A stretch of DNA of 62,907 nucleotides, counting the filler, from Bipalium vagum (lineage: Eukaryota), in the NCBI GenBank assembly GCA_037834085.1. It is 3 parts of 3 records of this genome, joined end to end, with 100 filler letters (N's around TTAATTAATTAA, not from the genome) between each part and the next. Parts side by side here need not be neighbours in the genome. Positions count along the whole stretch, not along the records: positions 44,753 to 62,907 come from JBBMKC010039034.1; 2 more parts are not named here. One strand, written 5' to 3'. The position numbers and the translations under genes are program-made. This document shows positions 50,743 to 62,907 of this stretch, piece after piece. The notes under the pieces were generated by a model. It saw nothing but the letters and a program-made list of their open reading frames with translations. It was not told the origin of the DNA and made no database searches. Positions within the stretch are counted from its first letter, which is position 1; every line of letters begins with the position of its first letter.

Positions 50743-51365
50743 AGTCGACCCTCAATTTAACGATATTTCTTGTTATTTTACCCTCGCTATAACGATACTT
50801 GGAAATTAAATTTTTTTACAATTAGAATCACAAAAGAATTAATTCAAAACAAAGAAATTGTTTAAAAGTATTATTTTCTAAAATTTGATTGGTCAGCTTT
50901 GTTTAATAAATTTCTTTCAAATTATTGAAAATTTCTCGTCAAATAATGGCACTTTCATCTTTTTCGGAGTACCAAATGTTAGCCAACAAGATCCTTCAAA
51001 ATCAAAACAATGTTAATTGACTTTTGGTAAAAACAAGAAAATTATTGATACTGCAAGTAACAATAACAATCACCGTGACATTTCAAAAAGATTTGGAGTC
51101 CCAAGAACTCATCATCAAATTGAAATAAAATTATTAGTGCAATTGAGGTTGGTAATGATCTTTAACGAAAAAACATAAACAGTCAAAACACGAAGATCAC
51201 GAGGATCACGAAAAAGCCATGCTAACGATCAAAGTAAAAACCTACTAATTACTGGGAAACTTCAAAAAAAAGCAAAAGAAATCGATTCACATTTCGAGAA
51301 AGTAATGAATGGCTCAAAAATCTTTCACGTAAACATCCAATAATTCTCAAGACAAATCACAGGAA
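50742..51365 (+). mobile_element. pogo/Tigger-like element, 5' part
   Basis: TA|CAGTCGACCCTCAATTTAACG left TIR; remnants of a CENP-B-type HTH (LTFGKKQEII...RDISKRFGVP). Confidence 0.65.
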
Positions 51366-53466
51366 TAAAAAAAAATAAAATATTGAAAAATATTGTTTAT
51401 TTTGTAAAAAAAATTCAATGTTGTTATTATCATTTTTATTATTATTTAATATTAATAACAAATCATGTTGATCTGATAAGACCGTTTGTATTTTCTATTA
51501 TACACATTTTATATTCTGATTTTTATGATCACTCGCACACCCATATCACCAATTATAAATCGATAAAATTTTAAATAAAATTTTTTAATTAATATTTAAT
51601 TTATGAAATAAAATATATTATTATTTGAGATAAAATAATAAATATTTACAAAAAAAACGGATTTTTGCAGTTCCTGATCATTGTAACAATTATCGAAATC
51701 GTATTCTGGATCTTCATGGAAATAAATAAAATTTCACCCTAACTTTATAAATATTTAATTTTTATTCATGGATTTTATTCAATTCCCATTAAAGTTACAA
51801 CTTCAAAATGTCAATGTTTCAAGCATTTATCTCATCAAATGTGACAAAATCATCATTATAATTATATTAATTATTTATACATTGCTTTCCTGTTTGTTTG
51901 AATGGAGAGAATTTATTGGAAATATTTCTTTTTTCTCTCTTACAATCAGACCAATGTAACTGATCAAATTCATTCCAAATATTTTATCAACCATACAATA
52001 ATATTTAATAACCAAACTCGAGATATATATTATTTTATTATTATTATTACTATATTTTACTCGAATATTTATTCTAATTATATTTCTGTTATTTTTTATA
52101 ATTTGACAGCAAACGATATCTGCCTTAATTTATTATTATTTTTATTTTATGGCATTTGTTATATTAATTTTCGTAATGATTGATTGATTGTTACAGGATC
52201 AATCCGTTTTAGAAGGAAATTAAGAATATCCCTAATTCGTACAATTTTATTGATTGCGATATTAAGAAAGAGTGGTTTTATTTTGATAACTTCGGATAAA
52301 CAAAATTTTCTAATATAATTATTTTATATTTATTTTATACTATATTTTTTGATGGAAATATTTTTTATTTTTTTCGCCCAATCTTTATTTGTAAGTAATT
52401 ACTTTTGATTAGGCCTCCTATATTTTATATTAAGCCATTTTATAATTAATTATAATTAATAGTAATTATGTTAAATAAAATGATTTTATAAATATTTATT
52501 ATTAACAAAATATAATTACTAATTTGTTAATGTGGTTATAATTATTATAAGTTCTTTTGTATTGTAAGAAACCAAAGTTTAGGTCCTTGGCAGTCACCGA
52601 GATTTTGTTTTATTTTATTAATAAAGTTGTCGGGGAATATTTAACGCTGTTAAAACCTTCTGTGAAAATTTTATGAGATGAATAAAAATATATTTAACAC
52701 ATTAAGAAAACTGTTATTCTATAGAATAAAGAAAGTTGTTCTCAACAATGTTCTCTTATGCTTGTGCAACCAATTCAGCACCTTTGCATATATCATGTAC
52801 CATCGTCAAAGGTAAAAACGAATGTTGATCCATTTTTACTTCATTAGCACTAGCGAAAAAATGATAATAATAATAATAAATATTTAATAAATGATAGTTA
52901 AACGGTTTGGTTTTTTTGCTAAATGAGATAAGAGATCAAACTACATGTCAAAATTTTATCTAGCCTTTACAACAGATCAAACGTGGATAACGGAAATGCG
53001 AAGCTTTCTTCACAAGTTCTAATTATGAAGAATATAATTCGGTATCATAGTTTTCTTTGATAATTTCACCAAAAAGAGATGAAAATCTGTTTTGGTTCAG
53101 TTATCTTTGTAAATGAAAAAAGCTTGAGCATAATAGAACTACTGATTTCGCTTGCTATAATTACTGAAATAAATATATTCTTTGGTAATAATTCTTTTTT
53201 AATTAACATTTGTTAATTCTCCAATAAGATCTGACTCCAAAATCTCAAGGTTATATTCGTAATTAATCAACACACTTTAGCCAAAAACAAATAAAGTGAA
53301 ACATTTTTAATTTCTGAACACTGAACTGTGAACATTGAACACTTCTGAATGAACTTCATTTAATTAAATTAACTGTTAATTTGAACTTTTAATTTAAAGA
53401 TTTTGTTTAAATATTAAATATAAAATTGCACTATTTTAAAATTTTAATACTGTAATACTTTAAATA

Positions 53467-53773
53467 CAGGGTACATAGTGGAAATTAACGAATTTTTAAC
53501 TTAAATTAACAATTGTTTAAACTGTTGATTTTTTTAGAAAATGAACTAAAATTATGCAAGATAAAATAAAAATAAGAAATGATTTGAGTACCAGTACTAA
53601 TTAGTCTCAAACTGGTTATAAATGAAAATAAAAATAAAATATAAATAAAAATAAGAAATGATTTGAGTACCAGTACTAATTAGTCTCAAACTGGTTATAA
53701 ATGAAAATAAGATAGTTTCAGTTACAACCGTTAATTGATGTTTAAAATTTGTTAATTTACTCTTTAAACCCTG
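53467..53773. mobile_element. MITE with CAGGGT TIRs and an internal tandem duplication
   Basis: TA|cagggtacatagtggaaattaacgaattttt versus reverse complement of the right end cagggtttaaagagtaaattaacaaatttt|TA; an approximately 66-bp unit is repeated at about 53566 and 53645. Confidence 0.75.
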
Positions 53774-53869
53774 TATATATTAATTTAGCTAAAATATTCC
53801 ATGTAAAAGAGGATAGTAATGGAAGAAATAAGAAATGATCTATCCATAAGGTCTTTAGTCAAAAAAATA

Positions 53870-54430
53870 TGGAATTTCAATATGTACTATACCAGGTTGA
53901 ACAGCAAATATAAATTAAATCAAAAATTTGATTCAGAAAACTGGAAGGAATTTCAAGTCGGAACTTAGGCTGTTTTAATTGAAAGAATATATAATTGGTT
54001 TGCAATAGCAAAATCTCATAATATTACAATTTCTGGATATATAATCCAAGAAAAGTTATATGAATGATGTTAATGCCTCATAGTTTAAACCTTCAAGGGG
54101 TGATTGAGTTCTTTCGTAAAGGCAACATTTCGTTTCGAACACTTTCTGGAGATTCTGCTAAAATCGATAATCAGATGGCATTTAACTGAAAGCAATATTA
54201 CAAGTCACGTAACATTTGAGATTCGGATGAAGTTGAGTTATTCTGGCGTGGAATAAGTCAAAGAGATCTGTTAATAGAAGATGATGAAATAAAAGAGAGC
54301 AGATTAGAAAAAGAATGTCTGACCATTTTTCTATTTTGTTCTGCAGTCGCGAAAAAACAAGGCCTGTGATAATGGGCAGTATATATAGCCTATTGCTTTT
54401 CATAAAGTTCCTCCTAAAGATAATTTTTGG
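53870..54430 (+). mobile_element. Decayed Tigger/pogo transposase
   Basis: ISFRTLSGDSA, SDEVELFWR (cf. ADETGLFWR) and KECLTIFLFCS (cf. KERLTVLLC) in broken frames. Confidence 0.6.
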
Positions 54431-54735
54431 ATATCAAACACCATAATGTCCAGTAACCTTAAAATTGTGAAACATTTAAAATTCGCTCTACTGCGCATTT
54501 TAGTTTTAAAGCTCTTTTTACAAAAAATTTGACCTTCTCTTTTTCCAAAACTGAGTACTAATCTCAAAAGCCACCTACCTCATTAAGGACAAATTACATT
54601 TTCAAAGATAATGAATCTCTTTAAGACCAACAAATAAATAAATCTCTAAGCGACTAAAAGAAGACAATATTTTTATTATTATTATGATTATTATTACTAC
54701 TATTATTATTGTATCATAATGGAACAACTTTTTTA

Positions 54736-55231
54736 TTAGGTAACCAAGAAAGTTCGTGCGCATTTTACATCAATATATTACATGTCAAATAATAAAATTT
54801 CACTTACATTAAGAAATTTTTGCCAAATCTTTGCATGATAAATTAGAATTCTCTTCAATAATTTCTTGCACCTCATCGTCTTTGATGTCTGAAGGTCTTC
54901 CATGGCGTGGTGCATTTTCGAATGATTCATGAATTTTACAAACCACTTCTGGACTGTTTTTCATTTTAAGGCATCATACCAAAAGCTTGGCATTTCCTAC
55001 GACATACCTCTGAAGCATTGGATCCCAATTTGTACTCGACATAATCAATCGACATAATTTTAAAAGGCAGTCACAGATATATAGAAATTGATAGATTTAA
55101 ACAAACAAATATGATAATGAAATATAAATGTCTTTATGAAACAATAATTTTATTTTAAATTCTTTATATAGTCATTTATATATCGTTATTCTATATTTAT
55201 ACAAAATGCACTCGAACTTTCTTGGTTACCT
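54736..55231 (-). mobile_element. Internally deleted mariner element with both TIRs
   Basis: TIRs aggtaaccaagaaagttcgtgcgcatttt / aaaatgcactcgaactttcttggttacct; minus-strand remnants TVQKWFVKF and APRHGRPSDIKDDEVQEIIEEN. Confidence 0.85.
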
Positions 55232-55305
55232 TGGTTATATTATAATATAATTAAATTATAATTGTAAGAAATATGAAATTATTAACAAAAAATAATTGCT
55301 TTAGA

Positions 55306-55753
55306 CGCCATGAATTCCTTGAAATCCTCACATGCAATATCAATGCCTGCGAAAACCATTCTTACTTCAATTCCAGTTGAATGTTTATCTTCCAATGCCA
55401 TAAATAATTCTGCAATGCGGAGTTGTACTGATAATGTTTCTTTCATTTCAACATCACCATTACCATTTTACTCAATTTCATATGGCCAAAACATTTCCGT
55501 ATTGCAACCTAATATTTCACCTTTTCCAGAAGTTGATATTAACATTCCATTGATCAATGTCGATTCCTACAATCTGTCCACTCAACAACCAAACCCGTCA
55601 TCATCTTCCAGTTCCAGCAATCATACTTCGACCGTCAATTCATCGAGAATTGCCAACTCCGATGATGATGATATCGTCAATCTCAGTTCACATATCGATC
55701 AATTGTTTTTCACAAAACATCCATTTAGATTTCAATCATTTGGTAAAAGTTGA
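55306..55753 (+). CDS. Probable terminal exon of an uncharacterised gene, Ser-rich and likely disordered
   Basis: 147-aa open frame preceded by acceptor gctttag| and followed by AATAAA signals; composition less AT-rich than the flanks; no recognisable domain. Confidence 0.5.
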
Positions 55754-58700
55754 AAGCGACATAAAACCTTCAGAATTGATAAGAAGGAAAATATAAAATA
55801 GAGTACTGTTTGATATTTTCAAATTATTTTCTAATAAATATATATCTTCCTACTTTCTCTGAACAGTTAAATTTGTTTTTCAATAAAATTTCAAGATTCC
55901 TTTACGTTATTTATATTGCTAAGATTTCACTGGTACATTATAATAAATAATATAATATAATATTACATAGTATTACATAATATGAAATAACATTATATAA
56001 TATTATTTTATAATTTTATATTAATTTATATTATTATTTTTATATCTTTAATTTATTTTAATTAATGAATGAATTTACAATTTACACTGCATATATTTTC
56101 CTCCTCACATGTAGTATACATAAAAATCATTAATATTTGTCACGGGAAAATTTTTTTAAAAATATTTATGAAATATTTTTAATTTAATTAGTTTGATCAC
56201 CTTTGGGAAAATTCAAAAAATATTTTTATTAATATTTAATATTATGCAATGGTAAATTTTATAAGCTTATATTGATCGTCGTTCTGGAATTAAATATCAA
56301 AAAGATTTTCTAAGGAAAACAGTGCCCCATGTCCATGGTAGATTCTCCGTTAATAAATGATTTGATATGGATACATTTCCTCACTGATATTTTCACAATG
56401 ATATTCATAAATATAACAATTTTATTTTCCCCTTCTGACATTATTTTACATCATTAATGCCAATCTCCGTACGTCATTCATTGCTTGAAACCGAAACAGA
56501 AATATCTAAAGAAAACAAGATGATCACCCGGTATCAATGGGATGCCAATAAATTGGCCTTAAATTATTCTAAATATATTGTTTTATCTTTCTGTGAATTT
56601 GTAAATGTGCGGTAACATGAAAATGAAAATAATTCATGTCTATTTTATTATTATTTGTTTTTTTTTCTTTTATGTTGAGAAAATGTGTAATCTGATCATG
56701 GGAATTTTTAATCTTAATTAAGAACTAAATAATTCAAGTTATAATATAAAATTTTAATAATAATATATAATATAAATTATTAACAATATATAAAATAAAA
56801 TATAAATAATATATAATAAAAAATTATCAATGATATATAATGAAAATTATTTAAAATAATATATTTAAATAATATAAAATTTTATTAAAAATATATAGTT
56901 TAAATTATTTAAAATAATTAAAAAAAATTTCTGATACAGCTAAAATTATCAAAAAATTATTTTTCTTTTTAATATTAAAATTTTAATAAAATTAACAATT
57001 AAAAAATTAAATTAAAAAAAATAATGAGCTAAAAATCCCAAGGTTTGATAACTTGTTTGAATATTCCAAATGCAACAAAAAATCAATATTATATTTTTGA
57101 TCTGTTATCTCTTATGTTAATGACCTTTATATCAATTCAAAATACAAAGATCAAACCGGTTAATATTTTTTGAAAAATACTCCACAAAGATAATATTAAA
57201 TATTACAGCTAAACAATTCCGTCACGTAATTAAAAATATTAAAAAAGTTATATGATGAAAATAAATTAATTTTTAACTTATTGAAGTATTTTTACAAATG
57301 AAAAACTACTCTACATTGGTAATGAGGTAGAAAGGATTTTCATATTGATAATGATAATCAACATTATTAAGGACGAGTCAATTAAGAATAAAAACAAAAT
57401 TCTCTAAAACAGAAAAAACCGCCAATATAATTTTTTAATTTTTACTTTCATTTAGCGATCATTATCTCTGGAGTCTATAGCTTAATTTGTTTATTTAAGT
57501 CCTAATTAATTCAGTAATTCAGCTATTTATTTTTGTCGATTTTTGTTAATAAAAGTTTTCAGAATCAATTGTGTAATTAGTGAAATTGAAATATTTTTTA
57601 ATTAAAATGTAACATATTGAATAATGAAAGGGTTCTGATATTATTGATATCTGCTTTATTAATAGATTTCACGGTCTTTGAATTGTTTTATTTTTTACTT
57701 TTAAATATTATGGATTATTGAAATTTGCACATTAATTATATCTTTTCATTACTTTTGTTTGAATGAGATAAATTGTAAAAATGATGATTTCCACAACAGA
57801 ATTTTTATTAAAAAATAATAATAAATAATAACTTTAAAAAAAAAATTTTTTTTTAATTTTTGTTTTTTATCTTACATTATGTTTTACTTTATTTCTTTTA
57901 ATGAAAGGTTTAATAATGTATTATCGATAACTATTAAACAGTGACTGCTTTTCATCAATTATCAATAAAATTTGTTAAAAACTTTATTATTAAGAAACTT
58001 TTTTGAACTTTTTCCCCATTCTTCTTCAGTAATTAATATCAAACATTTTAATCCAGTAAATGATTGTATAATTTTTTAATTAAAATATTTTATCAAATTC
58101 TGATTAGTAAAAATTATTATGATTATGTATTTTATTTTTAATCAGAGATCACACTGACAATCCATTAGTTTTATCTGGTTGCCTTTCTCTCATTAATAAT
58201 GATTCACACATCTTTCGTTAATCGTTATTATCGAAATTGCTCATAAATACTCTAAATTCTTCTTTTTTTACTTTTTCGAACAGCACAAATCTTGGGATTT
58301 TACTGATTTCGCTTAATTGCCAAAATATATGTCTCGTAAAATTTAAGAAATTAAATAATAGAATATATAAATAAATAATATTTTACTAATTTTAAGTCTA
58401 TATAGAATTTAAATGCATTCAGATCTTTGTTGAACAAAATTAAATTATTGAATAAGAACTTCGGCGGATTTTAAACTTAGAAATGCTAGTGAACAACCGT
58501 ACAGAAAAAAAGTATGTGAATAGTTTTTAATATTCTTTATTTTGCTTTCAAAAAAGTACTGCTTCTGAATCTTGTCATTTCTCTTGTTGATCATACATAC
58601 ACTTAATATGCCAATTATTGATGAACTTTTAATAAAAACCTTCACTTTTAAATTGATAAACCATAGTTTACGAAGTATTTAACTTGAGATTAGACCACAG

Positions 58701-59299
58701 CCCTCCATATGGAAATAATTACCTTTATCAGAATTTTGTTTTGTTGGACAAATATTTTTGTCCCAAACGCTGTTTTAACAAAGTAATTAAATTTAATATA
58801 TTGTAGCAATGAAAGTATTATAAAAGTCAATGAGCGATGTTGAAATAGAAATAAATAATGATATCAACTTCGGGTTTTAGAAGAGTTCTATCTTTTACTT
58901 GTAGATCTTTAAAAACCCGTCATTTCTTAATGATCTCAAGTATGATCTTTCCATTTACATCTTCTCAATTTGACTCAAGAACAATTTCTATTCACTGATT
59001 TCTCATGCTAAATTACACCCATAATGATCAAGTTTTATTTTTCATATTGAAGAAACGTGCTCACGGATTCATTATCGTTTTACATTCTAATTATACATCG
59101 TTTCTGAACTTGATCTAAATGATCTCTCGATCTAATTTATGCATAACCGGCTTTTAACATATGACTGAAGTATGCTTCATTAGACAAAGTTTTGTTCTTT
59201 AAGAAAATCTTCAGTGTTTATGAGACATAAAATATAGATCATCCAAAATAATACTGATTATTATAAAATATTGTAATTACCTTGTTGCTAATAATAATA

Positions 59300-60720
59300 A
59301 ATTAGATTGGTGCCTAATCAGGACTATGAGGTAGATCTGACAGCAAATCCCATCCAAAATCCAGAAGTTTTTGTCGATTTTTCATGTGAAATTTTCCGTT
59401 GTTTTGACGGAAAAAAACACCTCTATAGTTAAATAATTCCTGACGTTTCAGCTTTAAGGAATCATTTACCTTGTCGAATTTGTGACAGTAAACATCGAAA
59501 ATGATAGTAGTACTCCTAGGCAAAAGATCAAGATATATCACTCCCTTATAAACCCACCATATGGGTAGCATGACCTTTATCTGATGTCTTTCAGTTTTTG
59601 GTATTGCTTGAAATGACCACGACCTTTTGCGGATTATATTAGTGTATGTAATCCATTTTCATTGACAGCTATGAATCTCTTCAGAAATGGTTCGCTAATG
59701 TTATGCTTTAAGAGAATATCACAAATATCGATTCTTTACATTACAAATTATTCACCAGAAATAGACAAATATGAGGCAAAAACGGCATTTCAAGAGGATC
59801 AGTGAAAAAAAGATTTGTTTAAAGTTTGCAAAAAACAAAAAGAACCCATTGTTTATTTACAAAATTCAAGGGACAAAATAAAGTGTGGACTTAATAAGCA
59901 GCAGATGGAATAGCTGAAATATTACTACCCCTGACTGCGTAAGAAGAAGAACAATGATCGGGTATCAATATCCGCATCTGAGAAGAGACTTCTGTTATTG
60001 TGAACTTCGGAAATGACATTGATTTCAGATGTGGACAGGAATTAATTCTGAAGAGACAGGTGTAGGCACCTCGTGTCAATTCTTTTGAAATCTCAGTGCA
60101 TTCTGGATCGCTTTTTTAGTATGGCTAGAAGTAGGAGTGTGAGACGTTACAATAATTGGTTTAAGCTGCGTTTCGGAGGTCTCTGAATTATGTTGTTCAG
60201 AATTTAAGTGTTCATTCTGATCATGAGAGCTTATAGAGTCCATACAAAATTTCATGACTTGATCAACAAGTCTTATTTCTACTTTCGAAAATTTTACAGC
60301 ATTTACTAATTGATTCAAGATCTTGGTCCTTAACAGGTACTGGTCTTACATTAAATTATTTAACAATTGATGTGGAATATAAATACCCAGCGTTTGTAAG
60401 AATCCCAGCCTTACCAAATATCTGCTAGTTGTTATTTTTTATATTGTAACTGCCCTGTTATTTCACGAAATGCTACATGTGCATCGATTTCGATGAAAGA
60501 CTTTGTTTGGTCATCAGAAGTTTCCATTAGTCTCCTGAATGGAGAGTTTTATAGACCTCGACAATTTCAGATTTTAATTTTTATACTAATCTGACATATA
60601 CATTCGGTTACGGCATCAGAATTATAGGCAGTGCATGATTTCCTATGTGCATTGGCAGCTATTTTATCTTTTCTAAAATAAAAGAACAAATTGTCGAAGA
60701 AGTTCTTTGTTATTTCCTAT
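59300..60720 (-). mobile_element. Degenerate mariner transposase interrupted by a 593-bp insertion
   Basis: 5' part LFYFRKDKIAANAHRKSCTAYNSDAVTECIC...LGIYIPHQL (60350-60700); 3' part RIDICDILLKH..EPFLKRF, WITYTN, IWWVYKGVIYLDLLP, FRQNNG, LPHSPD*AP (59300-59750). Confidence 0.85.
59753..60345. mobile_element. Unclassified 593-bp insertion with a TSD of about 15 bp
   Basis: Flanked by ttacattacaaattatt (59736-59752) and ttacattaaattatt (60346-60360); splits a colinear mariner coding sequence. Confidence 0.65.
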
Positions 60721-61343
60721 TTCAAAATGACACTGAATAAATTTTAACGCTTTTATCAATTGACAACAAAAACTGTTTCAACATTTATTATTATGACAGG
60801 TTTCGAACTTTTTATCTGTCATTAATACTTGAAATATAAAATATTAATCCATTTAATGATCGTATCGTTTTTAATTAAAATATTTTGTGAAAATCTGATT
60901 GCTTAAAATTATCATTTTTTTAAATAATATTTTCAATGAACCGGATAACACACTGAAAATCTATTGGTTTTTACTTTCTCCATTTGAATGTTAATCTCTG
61001 GTCGCTGTTCTTTTATTAATAATGATTTAGATATCTTGTTATTATTATCAAAGTTGCTCAAGAATATTGTTTTTTTCAAACTTCACCTTTCGCACAACAC
61101 AATTCGTTGAATGATCTAAGAATCTTACTGGTTCTGCTTAATTGCGAATGTATTCTAACACGTGTTCAACACGTCTACTACACTGTGTACTTCATAAATA
61201 TAGATAATTACACTTATGACATTTAAATTGGTACACCAATCATGTAATAGATGTTAATACTCGGAGAAGAACATCTATAATCAGGATTAAAGAATAATTA
61301 ATAAAATATCAAACGTTTCTTAGTGAGAAACAAATCAAAATTA

Positions 61344-62081
61344 CGTAGGTCAGTCGAAAAGTTTCAGGAATGGCACACAAACAGCATATATTTATTATAA
61401 CAACTAACTGAAACACCCAAACACTTAACTCTTGCATTGTTTCGAGTTCATATGAGTATATCCATGATTAATCGCCACTGACAATGTCATAAACATATTT
61501 TAGGATTTCCTGCTTAAATTTGTCGACCATAGCTTTGATCAATTGTAAGAATATGCGATATCCAACGACAATTTAGCTTTCTGATACCAAAGTGTTTATG
61601 TAAAATAGAATGGATTGAGGTCCAAGATATTTTCAATGATATCTGAATTTCGTCATATGTTGTCCGACAATCTCCTTCAATTAATTTCCGAAAAACTTTA
61701 ATATTTTCATCAGATACACTTGTTTTTGGACAACCTTCTCTGAAATGATCACCCAAAAATTCACGTCAAGACTTATATTCATGAAACCACTGTAGTATTC
61801 GATGGGGCATCATTAAGAAATACCAAATTTATGCGATCGAGACATTGCTGATGTGTCAATCTGCATCGGAAATCATATAAAATCATTGCTCGAAATTTTT
61901 CCATTGATAAATTTATATTTTCAGCTTTGTATGCCATATTTAAATGTAAATATTTATTTAAACAAATGCGATTTTTATTATTAGATAAAAGTGATATAGA
62001 ATTAAAATAACATATTTTATGATTAATTTTTACTAAACCTTTCCAAATTCTCTATTCCCGAAACTTTTCGACTGCCCTCCG
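61344..62081 (-). mobile_element. Internally deleted mariner element with both TIRs
   Basis: TIRs cagtcgaaaagtttcaggaat / attcccgaaacttttcgactg; remnants MENFRAMILYDFR, FREGCPKT, CRWISHILT (WVPHxL) and IVSGD*SWIY. Confidence 0.88.
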
Positions 62082-62836
62082 AATTAGGACAATACAAATA
62101 TTCATTTGAATGTCAACCTTAGATTTGGATATCTTTTTCAAAAAAGCAGATATAATCTCCGACAGAACAATTCAAAAGGATTTTATATTAATTCAGTAAC
62201 ATGTTACACGGTAATTTTAAATGTTTTATTATTAATTGCTATTATAATAATTAAAATAATGGAAAATAAAAATCCCTTTGAAAATAGGTGACATGTTTTG
62301 CGTCGATAACTGAACACTCTTGATCTAGATAATCGGATCATAATATTAATTCACAAAGTAATTACCTCGTTAAATGGAAATTGAAGGACTCGCTAATAAT
62401 TAAATCATTTTTAAATCTTTGAACCTGATCAGAGATAAATGAAAAATGAGAAAATTAAAAAAAATTTAATTTAATTTCCGAACAACAGATAATAATTAAT
62501 TTCTGTTAATTAAAAGTTCTAATTATTCTTTTCTGTGATTATTATTTCAATCATTTAAACAAAACAACAGTATTTATTTTAAAAAATATGAAGACATAAT
62601 TCTCATTGGAAAAAGACTTTTTTGCATCATTAGTGAGTGCGAATTTAAAACAGTGTTGTTTTAATGAACGTTCTAAAAATATATTGTTTTTATACTGACT
62701 TTCTTTTATTTTAACCTGATTTTAACACTACCTCACGATAAGATCAATTTACGTAGCTCGATATATTGGTGCAAAAAGAATGAAATATAAATAAAATAAT
62801 AATAATGACAAGAAATATGAAAAAATATACAAAACC

Positions 62837-62907
<71 letters not shown>
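62837..62907. repeat. (AAT)n microsatellite running off the window end
   Basis: Perfect AAT run of more than 20 units. Confidence 0.97.

Noticed and set aside
56270-58760. Coding-like patches on the minus strand (e.g. NLRPIYWHPIDT, ENLPWTWGTVF, ORF 58445-58645)
   Set aside because: No consistent spliced frame or recognisable family could be built.
1-62907. Alternative genetic code or prokaryotic system
   Set aside because: Three host genes translate cleanly with the standard code and spliceosomal introns; in-frame stops are confined to TE relics.

Overview
AT-rich, intron-containing animal (invertebrate-like) nuclear DNA from a draft assembly with three N-gaps. Three host genes were reconstructed by hand from GT-AG splice sites. 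(1) A 7-exon minus-strand gene (6196-11387, 516 aa) encodes a QPRT/NadC fold whose catalytic residues are mostly lost or charge-reversed, fused through a low-complexity linker to a C-terminal C4 zinc ribbon; this is the most unusual item in the window. (2) DR1/NC2-beta (20796-21529, minus). (3) A large Ptp99A/PTPRG-like (R5-type) receptor tyrosine phosphatase (28188-41460, plus; signal peptide-Ig-FN3s-TM-D1-D2). There is also the first exon of a cytochrome P450 lacking a membrane anchor (1243-1567) and a weakly supported orphan gene (about 46.8-55.8 kb). The rest is mostly decayed mobile DNA: a Ty3/Gypsy element with 5' LTR and tRNA-Trp-like PBS, a 0.93-kb TRIM-like LTR element with a 5-bp TSD, a Polinton/adintovirus remnant (PLA2, integrase, adenain), Tc1 (DD34E), DD41D, maT (DD37D), mariner, pogo/Tigger and Merlin fragments, MITEs, tRNA-Ala-derived repeats and microsatellites. 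All homology calls come from recalled motifs; no database search was run.
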